A program made the translations under genes and the position numbers. A stretch of 64,000 nucleotides of DNA from Phallusia mammillata (taxonomy: Eukaryota). Of the stretch, positions 1 to 16,695 are shown one piece after another (positions within the stretch are counted from its first letter, which is position 1; every line of letters begins with the position of its first letter). The notes under the pieces were generated by a model, which was given only the letters and a program-made list of their open reading frames with translations, did not search any database and was not told the DNA's origin. The stretch covers positions 20,088,001 through 20,152,000 of the forward strand of contig OZ281497.1 of NCBI GenBank assembly GCA_965637545.1. The letters are read 5' to 3'.

Positions 1-105
1 AAATGATCAATGAAAGTAAAATACTATTTTTATCATGGCAAACTTGCTGCCAAAAAACAGTTGCAATAGACATAGTTTATTAATAGACACTTCAAAGATT
101 CTAAC

Positions 106-289
106 CTGCTACGGGAAGTGAACGTGGCCTATCCGGAAGTGGGGAATAAACACTTTCGTAAAAGTCTTCATTAATTTTAAGGCCATGGTCGACCACATCT
201 GCTGTGCTGCTCATTCTAGCCACGTTTAATATACGTAGTTGCCTTCCAACCCCTTTGTTCACGATAGTTCGCAGAATATTCGACGCCAT
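106..289 (-). CDS. First coding exon of an unidentified, probably mitochondrial protein; the gene continues off the left edge
   Basis: ATG at 289 gives MASNILRTIVNKGVGRQLRILNVARMSSTAD..., an Arg-rich, acid-free N-terminus resembling a targeting peptide. The exon ends at a G|GTTAG donor at 105. It lies head-to-head with SARS1. Confidence 0.6.
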
Positions 290-1131
290 TTTGGAAGGCA
301 AGGTGCAAACCAAATTTATTGAAATTAACTTAAAAATCCACACCAAACCTTAACGACAAGTTCGCCAGACGAATGTCAAACAAGAAATCGGCGATCTGTT
401 TGCAGAGAATATTTGTCCTTGAATCTACAGCCAGTTTATGTCGTTGATTATTACAAGTTTGGTTTTATACTTCTCCAGAGAAACCAACTTTATAATTTAT
501 TTTTATGCAGATAATAAACAAAATGTTTTATCTTTTCATTTGTTGAAATTGAAAGCTTCATTTGTTCAACTCAACTTTTGAAACTATGACGTAATATTAT
601 GTTTCGGAATTGTCACGTATGCACTCATGGAAGGAATACCAACGTAATTAATTACTGATGTTGTGGAAATTTCACGTGAAAAAAACAAAACTACATTTGT
701 TTTGTTTTTCGTCCTCAAATATCAAAATTGGTGTATCTTGCAGATTACTGAACATCAACAGCAGGTAAACTCCACATGATTATTTGAATTGATCTAAATA
801 AAATTGCGCTACAGTACCAATTTCTGTTTGGTGCCAGTTTTATTGCTTAAACCTTTCTTTATTTTTGCTTAGTTGATTACTACGTAACTACGTATATTTT
901 ACAAAATAACTCGTCCGTAGAAATAGCACACGTTGCATCATGCTGCTTGAGGAAACTTGGGTAATGGAAATTGCGATTACGTTTTAAATGCTGTTCAACT
1001 AACTGTCATTACACGTCGTTCAACTTTTACGCACTGTTTGTGTTAAGGCATTGTGTAATCCGTTATTACAATTTTTGTTTTCATTAAGTTGAGGTATAGG
1101 TACAAAAAAACGTTTGCACACGCTGTTAAAA

Positions 1132-4679
<3,548 letters not shown>

Positions 4680-5382
4680 TAGGCTTTAATCGGGGCTCAA
4701 AAAAGGCCTAGAGGAATTTAATGCCTATCGCTGTGGCCGCGTCCCATGTTTGCCCGTTGTTCCACATTTTGCTGCACGTTTAACTGAAATAACAGTGACT
4801 TGTTTTAGGGGTGCAATTCTTTTGATTACTGAAGCACTTTAGACTTTTGCTTTGCTGGAAATAGTCAAATAAAGTTCTGAAGTCCCTAGGTTTTGATGAA
4901 GTGTTGTGGCAAGTACAAAATTGCGAAAAATCTTCGTTCATAGAAAGAGATCTTCTCCTAGGCGCCAACTGCCGTTCCAATGCAAACTACAACTTCGTCG
5001 TGCGGGGCGCCACTTCTCTTTGCCTTAAATAATAGTTGCAATAACGAAATAGTTCTGGGCCCATGTGTCTGCTGTTGTTTAAAGTAGGATCGGTGTCGTA
5101 AATAAAAATCTATTTACTATTGCATTTGTTCTTTTTGACTTGGACTTCGGTTTTAATAGGCCGAACATATAAAAAAGGAATACGATACTTCGTTGACTTC
5201 CTGGTCGAAATGAAACTTTTTTCGAAGATTGGAAATCGAATTCTTGAAGAGCAAAAAAATTAGAGCAGCATTTGCGTGCAAAGCTTGACTACGTGTGACA
5301 ATTTCTGGCGACCTGGTGATGACAAAAGAAACTGACGAAACGCAGTCATGATGTACCCAGATTCTTAATGCTTTCGCTAAAG

Positions 5383-5540
5383 CAGTGGTTCTTAACCTGG
5401 GTTCGATCGAACCCCAGGGGTTCGATAAAGGTCTTTCGGACTACAAAGTTAAAAACCAAGAATGTAACTTGTTGAGGTTCGACCAAAGGTTGACGAATAT
5501 CATAGGGGTTCGGCCGTGACAAAAAAGTTACAAACCACTG
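5383..5540. mobile_element. 158-bp non-autonomous hAT (Charlie/SPIN-like) MITE
   Basis: TIRs CAGTGGTTCTTAAC / GTTACAAACCACTG. Perfect 8-bp TSD CGCTAAAG at 5375-5382 and 5541-5548. Internal GGTTCG repeats. Confidence 0.9.
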
Positions 5541-6537
5541 CGCTAAAGAAACTAATGAAGCATTCATATTCAAAACCGATTGAGTTTTAAATTGTATTCT
5601 CGTTTATAAAGCCATATTACGGACAACATGGAGGTGTTTGATACTGTTTGGCTTAAAACTGAGTTAGCCTACTTTATGGGCAATGGTCAAGTATTTGTTT
5701 TTACATTGATGATGCCACAGGATAGCCAATTGCCGGTAAAAGAAGGGATAAACGATGGGAAAGCACAGTATAAATTAAAATGTGCTTGTAGGGTCGTCTT
5801 CAATTTTACAACTTTATAGAAGAGATTTTAAAACTTCTGTGCAATGAAGCTCAATCAAGTTTCCAGCCAAACAGCATCTCACAAGCGACAGACAAATGAC
5901 AGCAGCTTTACGCAATTTCACAAGCGAATTTGATCCCACGCTTTTCGTCGACCAATCATACTTCGTTTGCGACGCCTTGAACGTTGACATTTCACGAAAA
6001 AGGGGCATTTTAGTTTGCTATCAATTGTGGTGTAGAATAAAATGGTACCGAATCTTTGGCATTGCCGTGTCGAGCTTATCTATATGTTGGTTGTTGTTTA
6101 AATTGATAAAAACTGGTTGAAAAAATGATTTGGTCAGTTAGGTTCCTTCGAAGCTTGTTGCGTTGTGCTGTGAATGTCCACCTAGTGTTAATAGTCTGTT
6201 GTGGTTGGTCTAAAAGGGTTTGTGCAAATCCAGGATGGTAAGAGATGTATATAGGAATATCTGTTTGCAGAAATCGCCTATTAAACCGCAAGAAATTTTA
6301 CTTGTTACCATTTTTGTGGTTGTGTTATATTTTTTTTGATTTTTTGGAAGTGGAATGGTCTAAATTTTTTAACAATCCTTTCGGTTTATTGAAAGTAAAA
6401 CGTTGTGCTGTCTAAAATCTTATGATCAACAGTATCATGTATTATCTTAAAACAAAATGACCCAAAAATGATCATTATTGTTGGAACAAAACAATATTTT
6501 AAAATCAAATAATTTGCAATGTATGTTTCGATTGTAG

Positions 6538-9500
6538 GGAAGTCGGAATATTGGCCGTGTCTCATCGTCAACCGTTGCCATCCGAGTTTTCCGTCAATGC
6601 AGGAATAACATCGCAACCGGTCAAACAACAGCCAGTACCGCTTCCTGATTGGTGCAGAGAATCACGAGGTTTGGCAAAACAGGACATACATTTCCCGTGG
6701 CAAAATTATGACACTATAGTATTTGTTGCGTTTTTAGGTTTTTCAGCACTCCAAATGGGAATCTGCTCCATGGAACCAGTAGTGGCTTCGGCTGCTATGA
6801 AAGGCTATAAGATGGCGTTAAAGTACTGTACCGCTGAATTTGCGCATGAAAAGTAAGTTTTACATATTAAAAGGCTTGATCAGAGGTGATTACCCCTATA
6901 CATACAGGAGGGTCTTGGATTCGAACCCCAAATAGATGAATGTTAAAAGTTTAAAGAAATGAACTTGTAAGAAATGTTGGGATGTATCTTAAACATGCTT
7001 CGTTTCCAGATGGAACTGCAGTTTGGCAAGAAATATTTGGGAGGAAAAATCAAACACCAAAAACGTTTCCAAGTTTGACGACAACGTTTTGCCATCAGGT
7101 TTGCGAGGTGAGACAAGTTTGGAATATGCCTATATGATTTGCAAAGAGTCATTATCTTTTTGTGTAGTTTTTGCGTTACACAGCTGTAGTGAAAACTTAG
7201 TTTTACGTTTTTAGATACCAAGGAAGCTGCTTTCTACTACGCAATAACGCGTGCTGGAATCGCTCATTCGATAAGCGAGGCTTGCACGAAGCAACAGACG
7301 GAAGGTTGTAAGATCGGCACTGAAGGTTTTTCGCAAGACAATATTCTCCGAGCTATCCGAAAGTCTCAGAATCTCATCATTCCTTTGTTGAATCAAGTCG
7401 TCTCTAGATCGTGGATCGTCAAAAAAGCGATCGCAGAGGTTGGAAATTGTTTGATTAAAAACATCAAATCAATCTTAATGTTTGAAATAAATATGCACAA
7501 GCTTACACATAACAGACAAAATGCTAATAAACATTTTTTAATACCAAACGTTTAAATAAAATCAGACAATTTTTAAGTATTGTGGGGTAATAAAATACGA
7601 TTAAACTATTCTCTGTTGAATAACTTTCCCAAGCTTTTCTTTTTACAAACATGTTTAAACTTATTTTTAATCGACTGGAGCATTTCTTTGCCAACAACAT
7701 ATGTTTTCACAGTTTTTAAAAAGTCCTAAATTGCCACTAATCAAATCACTGAAAACATATTTCATGTCAGATCTATAGGATTTTGTATGAAGCTTAACTT
7801 TTCACAGGAATGGCAATGGGGAAATGCGAGTCATAACATCGAGCATGGAATTAAATACAGTAGAAAACAACTGGAGGACGGATTTAATGGGAAACACGCG
7901 AATCGTCTTCCAACATCTGACAGACTCAACCTTCACAATACGAACGTGGGGCGAAGGGTATGTTATTTAACTCAATAAGAGGATCCTGTGATTTTATACA
8001 TGTCTTGTTTTGGCGCTTTGCCAAACGTAAATGGTTTGTGTTTATCCATTGAAGATCAATGTATTGAGAGTAGTGGAAATCTGGTTATGGCTTTGACTCT
8101 GTGCTTTACCTCAAACTACAGATGTCTGGACCAGTGCTTCGCGTATTTTCCAGGTCTTGAACGTTTTGCCCTAGAATGACCGCCAGCAGATCGCGGGCTC
8201 CATAAAAAATGTGTGTCAATGAAAACATTGAATAGAGTTAAGTACATTGTTGTTGATCCCGGGATTGAGAAATCTTATTCTGGACTATAGATCGTGTTAA
8301 GGTTCCTAAAATCCGCTTTGAATATCATGCCTAAGTCAAAAGAATGTGCGTGCAGTATGTAATTACTGGGAAAATAGTTGCATTACTGGGGGAACTGTTA
8401 TTTCGTAGATCTGTGCTGACACCTATCTCCGATGATAATGTTTTCTGCGTTGCGATTGTGTTGATAAAATACTTGTTGCAGGTTGACTAACCTCGCAACA
8501 ATGCGTTGTCTGTTCGCCGTAAACGTCCCATTTATATTGCGTTAAAGTTGCGAGCGCTGGAAAGTGTATTTAAATTGGCTCGTTTGCGACAATTGCTAAA
8601 AATTGTGGCATACCTTCGCAGCTGCCACGTGTCTTGTGGATTGTAAAATGACACACAGGTCGAACTTGTCACAACACGCGCAGTGTCTGAATGCTGACGA
8701 TATTCGCGGGTTGATCCAGCTTAACGACGATTCAGTCTCGCCAAATTGACGTGGTCAACGCGAAATTGCTAGGTGCAAGTCATCGGTAACTGTTAAATCA
8801 CACCGGTTTATTTTGACGAGGCACGAGCGGCCTACATTCCTTGTTCACGCAACTAGCAAACTACCCTATGAGAATGGATCGAACAGAACTGAAATGTGGC
8901 AAGGACAACACTATCGCTCAATGTCGTAAGCAATTTCGTGCGTAAAACTGTTAAGTGGTCTTTTAAATGGGAATAAAAATGTTTTATAGTGACAATATTC
9001 AAAAACGTGATTCACATTTTCAGGGTAATTTAACCCAGCAAAATCCCGATACAGTATTAAGTAACCAGGGGTTTTGTTAAAACATTGTGATGCGACTTTT
9101 CTCACTTGAAATAATTTGTAACGATCATCACGGAAGGGTAATGTTGCTTGTGATTAAAAATGAAAAAATGATCACTCATCTTGCATTAATGTACCCCTTG
9201 AACATAAACGAAACAGACAACATTTTTTGAATGAATGGAATAACGTCGATTGCACCAAGAAATTTTGTTTAAAAAACGCGCCTTGTATCTCAAAGTCGAC
9301 TTTTGGGGGGTTTTGTGATTCAATTGGCGTTAAGTCTTTTCGTCGAACATTTTCCGAATGTAAGTTTGGTTAAACCGCGTTTCTTGAAAAAATGAATTAA
9401 ACTAATTACAATACTTATGTGCCTTAACATGTAAAAAAGGAATAGAATGTGTGCAAATTCGAATACATGTCGAAAAAGACGGAAAAACATTCAGGTTAAA

Positions 9501-11054
9501 GCATAAAATGGAGCGTTCGTTTTTGAACACTGAAAATTAAGAAAAATTGTGATGTTTTTTGTTATATACCAAACACCATAAAATAAGTTTTCCACCAAAC
9601 CTGCGCATTGAAATTTCTGTCATATACTTTGTAATTTGTTCGCAAACTTAAAATCCCAATGTGACACGCCCTTGAGCTCTTCTCGCGTAATTGGAAGCAA
9701 TTTCTCGACGATTCTTAAGCTCTCGACTGACACATCAAAGTGATCCCTTCATCCTACGTAGTTAATAAAAAACGTCGGCAAGTTGTCCAAGCGGACTTTC
9801 CATAGGCCTTTTCGTGGTTATACCTTTTACATACAGCATGCTGGTGCACCAACACCATAATTTTTGCACTAGTCGGCAAGGTTACTGTGTAGTGTGTTGT
9901 TCTGTTTTGTATATTGTCAGTAATAGTGTACAAAATATTAATTCTATTTGTACTTGCTTAGAGCATTTAGGTCCCTTTCCAGAAATATTGGCAAAGTTGT
10001 CAATTCCAATTTAAACGACGACTGGATTTTGTGTCTCCTTATGTTTAACGCAATTGGTTACATAATTAAGTACTAGATTTGCAAGGTAATTTGGTGTCTT
10101 ACACATCTCGTACAAATTGGGTTAGGAGGCGTTCATATTTGACATGTTAATATCACTCAATATTTTCAGGTGTACGAGAAAGCTGTCTTGCTTGTGTGCA
10201 AATGTCACGGGATGTCAGGTTCATGTGCAACTCGAACTTGCTGGCGACGCCAAGCGGATTTCCGAAAGGTGGCAAGGGAACTGAAGAATATTTATTTTGC
10301 GGCAAAACGGGTTTCCAAACCACAGTCCGGAAATAGGAATACTAATCGATATCTTTACTACGGTAAAAACAATTAATAACAATACGATTCAGTCACAAAC
10401 TGTCATCAACCAGTGGTTGCCAAAACAATGGGTCAACTCCAATTGGGAATTTGGATAAATGACTTCGGTTTTCGTCTGTTTCATAAGTCAAAAAATACAC
10501 AAACAATTCTTACTTCAGCGCGTTCGTGCTCTATGGTTGTCATTTTACACCTTCACCATCATAGAGTATAAAATTTTGACAAATAATTTCCATGAGGAAG
10601 CATTCTACTTTTTTTAAACATTGTGGTCACTTCCAAAATGCTTATATTTGAGTGTATTTATTCCAATAATATTACGTCACATTAGTGCCTAGCTAGAAAG
10701 TAAACCCAGTTTGTCGATAATCTGTCGAGTGTTTCTTACCTGCTAAAGCACATTTCGTATATGTTTTCTCCAGGTTCGAAACGTAGACGCAAACTCAACA
10801 AAGGTCAATTGGCATTCACTCGCAAAACACCCAACCTCTGTCAGCGAAGTAACCGTCTCGGAATTACAGGCACACGAGGGCGCTCATGCTCCAACATATC
10901 AGAGGCAGCCTGTCAGCGCTTGTGCTGTGGTAGAGGCTACACTACACACTTGGTCAGGGTTCAAACCAAGTGTGACTGCGAGTTTAGCTGGTGTTGTGAC
11001 GTTACATGTTCGACCTGTGAAAAGCTGCAAGTACTTCGTATTTGTCAGAGGTGA
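6538..11054 (+). CDS. Divergent Wnt-family ligand; the signal-peptide exon was not resolved
   Basis: Exons 6538-6668, 6738-~6852, ~7009-7098, 7215-7438, 7808-7957, 10170-10362 and 10774-11054. Motifs: YCTAEFAHEKWNCS; TKEAAFYYAITRAGIAHSISEAC; LNLHNTNVGRR; CKCHGMSGSCATRTCW (acylation serine present); CQRLCCGRGY; CDCEFSWCCDVTCSTC. Subfamily not assignable by eye. Confidence 0.93.
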
Positions 11055-11772
11055 CTTTCCACCTGAATTTTTAGTTGACGTGAAGTTTTCCTACGATAGC
11101 GCTGCTAAGACGGTAACTATCTGACGTTGGGGAAATTGTGGAAAGTTGTGTGTTTAATTTGTATTTATGCATCTTTTTTCAATATACTGAACCCTTGACG
11201 AACGTTGCATCTTTTTAACCTTTCCTTCGAGCTTGTTTTTGTCACTAAATCTCTTTTGCAAAATGTTGCACTGATGCATGTATACTGATGCAGTTTAAAA
11301 CCAAGTCTGAATGACCCTATTTTTTGCTCAATATTGCTCGGTTTTACAGCTTAGATTTTACTCACTAGAAACGAAGGAGAATTTGTTTTCGACTTTCAAT
11401 CATGTTGCAGAAACCGCGATAAAGCTTTACAGAAGAAAAACGCAAATACACATCCACGATATATTTATGTAAACCATCTTTGAATTTTTTTTCTGTACAT
11501 TTCTGGGTTTTTACCATTTTTACAATTTAGTGCAGATAGTTCTATTGCAATTCTCTTCAAAGTGAAGTAGTTGGGATAGAAAGTTTTTTGTTTGGGAGTT
11601 TATTACACGCCACGCCTAGTACTTCGGGAACATTTGTTTTATGTACAAAGCATAATAAAACCGTTATTTTTCGGTTTAAAACTAACCAAGTAAACAAAAC
11701 ATCAGCGCTAACCACACTGCTGGTAGCCATGATTCTTTACCAAAGGTTGTAGTTGTGAACGAAAACTGAAAA

Positions 11773-14700
11773 CTAATCAGATGTCAGTTCAACCAAGAGT
11801 GACATAGCGCTTTTCCCGTTTGGCTGCGGCGACGGAGATTTTCGTTTGGACTGCAAATCGGCAAATGTCACTGTTGGCCCATTTTGTCCGTTTCTGTTGC
11901 TCGATTCAACAGAACCTTCTGGAGCGGAAGATATATCTTCAATTACCAACACAGGCTTGATGCTAGCCACGCTTGCTACAGAATCAGGAGTGTTTGATGC
12001 TGGACGCTCTTCCTTCTTTACTGGCTCCGGTTCCGGCTCTGGCGTTGGTTCTCTAATAGGCTCTTCTGGTGGTTTTGTTTCTTCTGGCAAAGGTGAAGGG
12101 GTTTTTGACTTTTGCTCTGCCGGAGAAGGTGGCTTTTCCACCGTTTTCTCTTCTGGCGTACTTGTCTCAGATACTTTATCTTCAACTAGTAGGACTTCTT
12201 CAGGAATTGGAGTTGGAGGTTTCGGCTCCTCTTTCACTGGTTCCGGTTCTGGGTCCTGATGGACCTGTTTTTCTGGTGCGTCAACGGTTGTTTCATTCTC
12301 CTCTTGGATACTTTCTGGTTTTACTTGATCTTCTTCCGTCGCTTCTGTCGGTTCGATTACTTCACTAACAGGAGCAGGGTCCTGGACTACTTCTAAGGGA
12401 GGAGTAACTGGTTTTTCCTCCACAACTTCTGGCTCTATGACAACTTCCTCTACAACGGGGACCAATGGTTCTTCCACTTTTGTTGGCTCTTCCGGAAGTT
12501 TGGAAACATCCTCTGCCACTTTCTCTTCCACAACTTCAGATGTTGTCTCATCGACGACCGGTTCTTCAATTTTCTCCAGAACAACAGGCACTGGGGAATC
12601 TGCCTTAACCTCGGGAGGAGGAATGTGTTCCTCTCTAACTGGAGTTGTTGACAACGTCGCCTGAGTCAGGACCACGTCATCACCTGTTCCACTCTCCCCG
12701 GAAGCACATAACCGGATACCATACACTGTCCCTTCCTCCAAGTTTTTGAACTTGTATTCGTTCAAACCGTTTTTGCACTCTTCAATTCGATCTTGCTTAA
12801 CGATGGTCGCCATTGCTGAAACATCTTCATCTTCATGTTGGTTCCGTAGACGCGTAAGGGTGACGTCAACAGATTTACAGTTGCCCTCCACTCCCCACCA
12901 CGTGACCAGAATACTCTCCTTCGTGATGTCATCAACTGGGATATGCACATTGAGGACATTACCAGGTTCTAAACAATGACAAAAGTGATAATGTCGTTTA
13001 GGACAGTATATCAATAGGGTTAGACTCCGTGGAGTTATCACGTTAGAGGTGTTTTTGCTACGGACTTGGTACCTCTAAAAGTTTAATATGTTTTAGTTTA
13101 GCAGCGGCCACAAAGCAGAAATTTCGTACGACATCCCTGTCATCACCAAAATATGGCAGCAGACTTCGAAACGTCAAGGGTAGAATTACAAACAATTTAA
13201 CCTAACTTTAAAGCATTCCCGTGTAAACGACACTTTTCAAGTCTATTAGTAATCAAACAATTATCCACTCATACAGCGGTCTTCGCCATACAGCGCGACG
13301 GAATATGCTTACTTGTGTGTGCCTCCGCCGTAACAGTTGGCCCTGAGATATGGCGAGAACGGGATGTGACTGACACACGATATCTTGATCCTGGTTGGAG
13401 ATCACTGAACAAATGCTCGGTTTGAGTTTCCTCGACTGTTATAGGCGCTGAACGATCTCCGGTCTCCATTGAATCTACATTCAACACGTAATCTTCAGCG
13501 CCACCTTCTGGTGATGTCCATTTTGCCACGAGTTCGCGTTTGTCACCTGGGTCTAGTTTAAGTCCAGAGATAGCCCCAGGGCCTGTAAATTTAAATGACA
13601 ATATAGTTAACAGGTGAATTTAATGTGAGAGACGAATATGCATGAATAAAGAAACCCAACAAATATAAATTTAGATTGTTTCATTTTCACTACACAAGTT
13701 TTTAATTTGGAAATGCAATACGTTATGAGATGAAATAGGTGTAATGGTGCGTGATATGTCGGTTTTTGACAACTTATGTAAATTGTAACATGTTACCTGT
13801 TTTGTGTTTGCCCCAAACTGGTACACTTTCTATATCGTTGCTTTCTACTGCCACAGCGATCTCATAAACGGTTGAAGGCATCAGATTGCAAAACGTGTAT
13901 TCTGTTGCATCACCTGGGACACTTTTTTCCATGACAGTTCTTCCTGACATGGAAAAATATAAGCAAGTGGTAATTATATCGGGACCGGTCCCAACTAAAG
14001 TTTTTAACAACTTATTGCCGCAAAAGATATGTGCCAGTTGGTGATCAATAACCAGCATGGAGAATTTCGGCTTCTGCTTTCGTGGGGCCGCTTATATTAG
14101 TTTGTCCAGCTAATGTTTATAGCGTCTCCGACTAAACACTGGAAACAAGTGCGGCGTGATTTTACCTTCGGTGACCAAAGTCAGATGAAATGTTTCTACA
14201 CCGCCGCTGGGCCTCGCCCATTTGCAGCTAATTTTGTCCCACGAGCATTTGTCGGACTGAAACAAGACCGATTCTACCGGTAGCGGATCTGCCAATACAA
14301 CAAAAAGGTTAAACCGACACCAGCACATAATTGTATTACCCAAAATAAAGTTGGACATATCATATAAGTAGACAGTTTTATGTACCAGTTAAAAAGGTGT
14401 CGGCAAGTGATGACGATTCCCGTCCGTCTCTCATGGACATAACTTCCACACGATACTTCGTTCCGGGCGTCAGTTTTTCAAGCAAACACTCTGCATCGTA
14501 TAGATCAGCGAGTCTCCAACCTTCCTCCTTTTTGTCATCTCTCCTGCAGCAAGGTAAAAAAGCAAGCGATAACGTATTGAAATCACAAACCCGGTACATC
14601 CGCGCAGAAGTACATGCCTAAGTCGTTGTTTTTACCTTGCGTACACAATATAGGAATCAGTTCTACCGAGAGATGGTTGCCATTTGACTTTCTGGCAATT

Positions 14701-16695
14701 AGAGCCTTGCTCAGGTTTCGGAAATTGCAGCTTTCCAGACATACCGGGCTCTGTAAACATATCTTTTACATTAGTTTTTTGCCATTACACAGCAGCATTT
14801 ATTCAAATACTAGATTACCTGTGATAAACGTGGACACGGCGCGTTTGCTACTTTTGTCTTGCGAGTTTGTGACGATGCCAACCTTGTACGTCGTTCCAGG
14901 GACCAACCCTAAATAATGACAAAAATACCATGTCGAATGTTCGGCTTGGTTTAATTTTACTGAAGAGATAATTCCACCTGTGAACTTGTAGCGTGGTTCT
15001 TTGATCGCAGTGGGGCTGGTGTCACAGCTTGTGCCCTCCTTCGGTGTCAGAAACAAATCATAATCGTCGACGTCGCCGTGTGCCGGTGACCACGTGACTG
15101 TTACTTGCTCAGGGCCAACATCCTTTGCCAAAATATCATGTACCTCGGACGGTACTGTAAATATATTTTGTCATTGCTTTTTATAACGTTTCTTGTTTGC
15201 GTTCGTGCGCAAATGTCTTAATTGTCTTTTTTCAAACGTTTATGGGAGGTGTTATCGATTTGACTTACTTGTGCACTGGCTAAACTTCATTGGTTTGCTC
15301 TTCCTGTTGTTAGATATGCACGTGATTTCAAGGTTATATAGCCTGCCAGGTGTGAGGCCATTGAAGGAATAGTTGGTAGTGGTAAGTTTGCTGAGTACAA
15401 AAGGCGGCCCTAAAAACAAAGATCAAATTAGCATTAAAAGAACCTTCTTTATGGTAAAAATTGTAAACTTTTTACTTGCTGTGTTGTTTGCCTCAGATAA
15501 CTCCAGCCTGTAACTCTCTACATTCCCTTCTGGAACTTTCCACTTAACCGTCATTTCGTACTGCGTGACGTCAATAAATGACACGTCACAAACATGACGT
15601 GGTGCTGTATATTCCAAAATAAGATTATGAAGTCGAAATTAGAGTGTGCCTTTAACTATCAAAACGTTTACCGGTTATTATGCTTCCCGTCAAAGATTCG
15701 CTTGCTACTCCGTTGGCAACGGTTTGCACACTAACAGTGTACTCGGTTCCGGGTACAAGGCCTCCAAACACGTGACTGTTGCCTGTAATGCCAGTCACGT
15801 GAGTTGGTGACGTCACGCCTTCTTCGGGTTTGATGGAAGCCGAGTACGAATCTCGTTTGCCTTTGGAGTGTCGCCACTTTACTTCCAAAGCACTGCTTGT
15901 GGCTTTGGAAGGGAATTGCAAATCTCGAGGTGGTCGAGGAACTAAACATAATTGGCAACTTATAGTAATATATTTATTACTTGAATTTTTAAATTGGTTT
16001 AAATCTGTACGGCTGCTTACGTGTGGATATTTGTGCAGTTGAACATGCTGCCTTCTTCCCATTAGTTTGAATAGCGATCACACCCACAGTATACGAGGTA
16101 CCGGAATGAAGACGATGGAATTTGTATTCCGGGTTAGGAATAGCTCTTATCTGAAATAAATTTTGTGTCAACTTCAACTTTGAAAACAAATTCATTTGAA
16201 AACTATTTTAGAACGTGTCATGGGTTGTCATTTATATTAAGTTGTGTAGAACTTAATTTCTTTGCTAACTTATCTTACCAAAGTTCGAGAACGGATTTTG
16301 TCTGGAGGAAAAATTCGAACTTGGTAAGACTCAACGTTGAGTAATGGTGGAGGAGACCACTTAACTGTGAAGGTTTTGCATTCTATCTCATCAAATTTAA
16401 AGTTTGTTGCACTTTCGTAATCTGTAACATAAGTAAACATATACCACACGGTTTATCTTTCCGTTTTTGTAAGATTAGCGCTTGTGACTATATGAAGCGC
16501 AAGATCTTGTTTAATTGGACCAATTATGTAGCCTAATACAAAGTTGTGCAGTACCTACAACTAATAGAAACGCCGCTCACCAGTTTCGTCGTCAACTTCA
16601 GTCGTTAAAGATGTAAGCGACTCGACCGAAGAAGATGAAACAAACGATAAACCGCTGCGACTTCTTGGTGGCACTTTGCTGGGTGCGCTTCCCAT
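11773..16695 (-). CDS. Predicted intracellular protein: N-terminal MGSAPSK, 8 fibronectin type III repeats, Pro/Glu/Val/Lys-rich tail (roughly 1100 aa)
   Basis: Exon 1 is 16581-16695 (MGSAPSKVPPRSRSGL...). Successive exons encode FN3 modules with W..P and L.PGT.Y motifs, e.g. VKWSPPP/LHSGTSY, VKWRHS/LVPGTEY, VTWSPA/LVPGTTY, AKWTSP/LQPGSRY. The last exon 11773-~12969 has FN3 #8 plus the low-complexity tail, TAG/stop at 11773-11775. Confidence 0.85.

Noticed and set aside
5628-6120. ORFs of 63 and 74 aa as a separate gene or as the Wnt signal-peptide exon
   Set aside because: No recognisable motif. A phase-compatible donor exists near 6090 but is weak, so the Wnt 5' end is left unresolved.
6905-6935. 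Perfect B box (GGGTTCGAATCC on the minus strand) in a Wnt intron
   Set aside because: No A box or cloverleaf; an isolated SINE/tRNA fragment at best.
11846-12979. Several + strand ORFs, Ser/Gly/Thr-rich, up to 137 aa
   Set aside because: Antisense shadows of the low-complexity FN3/PEVK exon.
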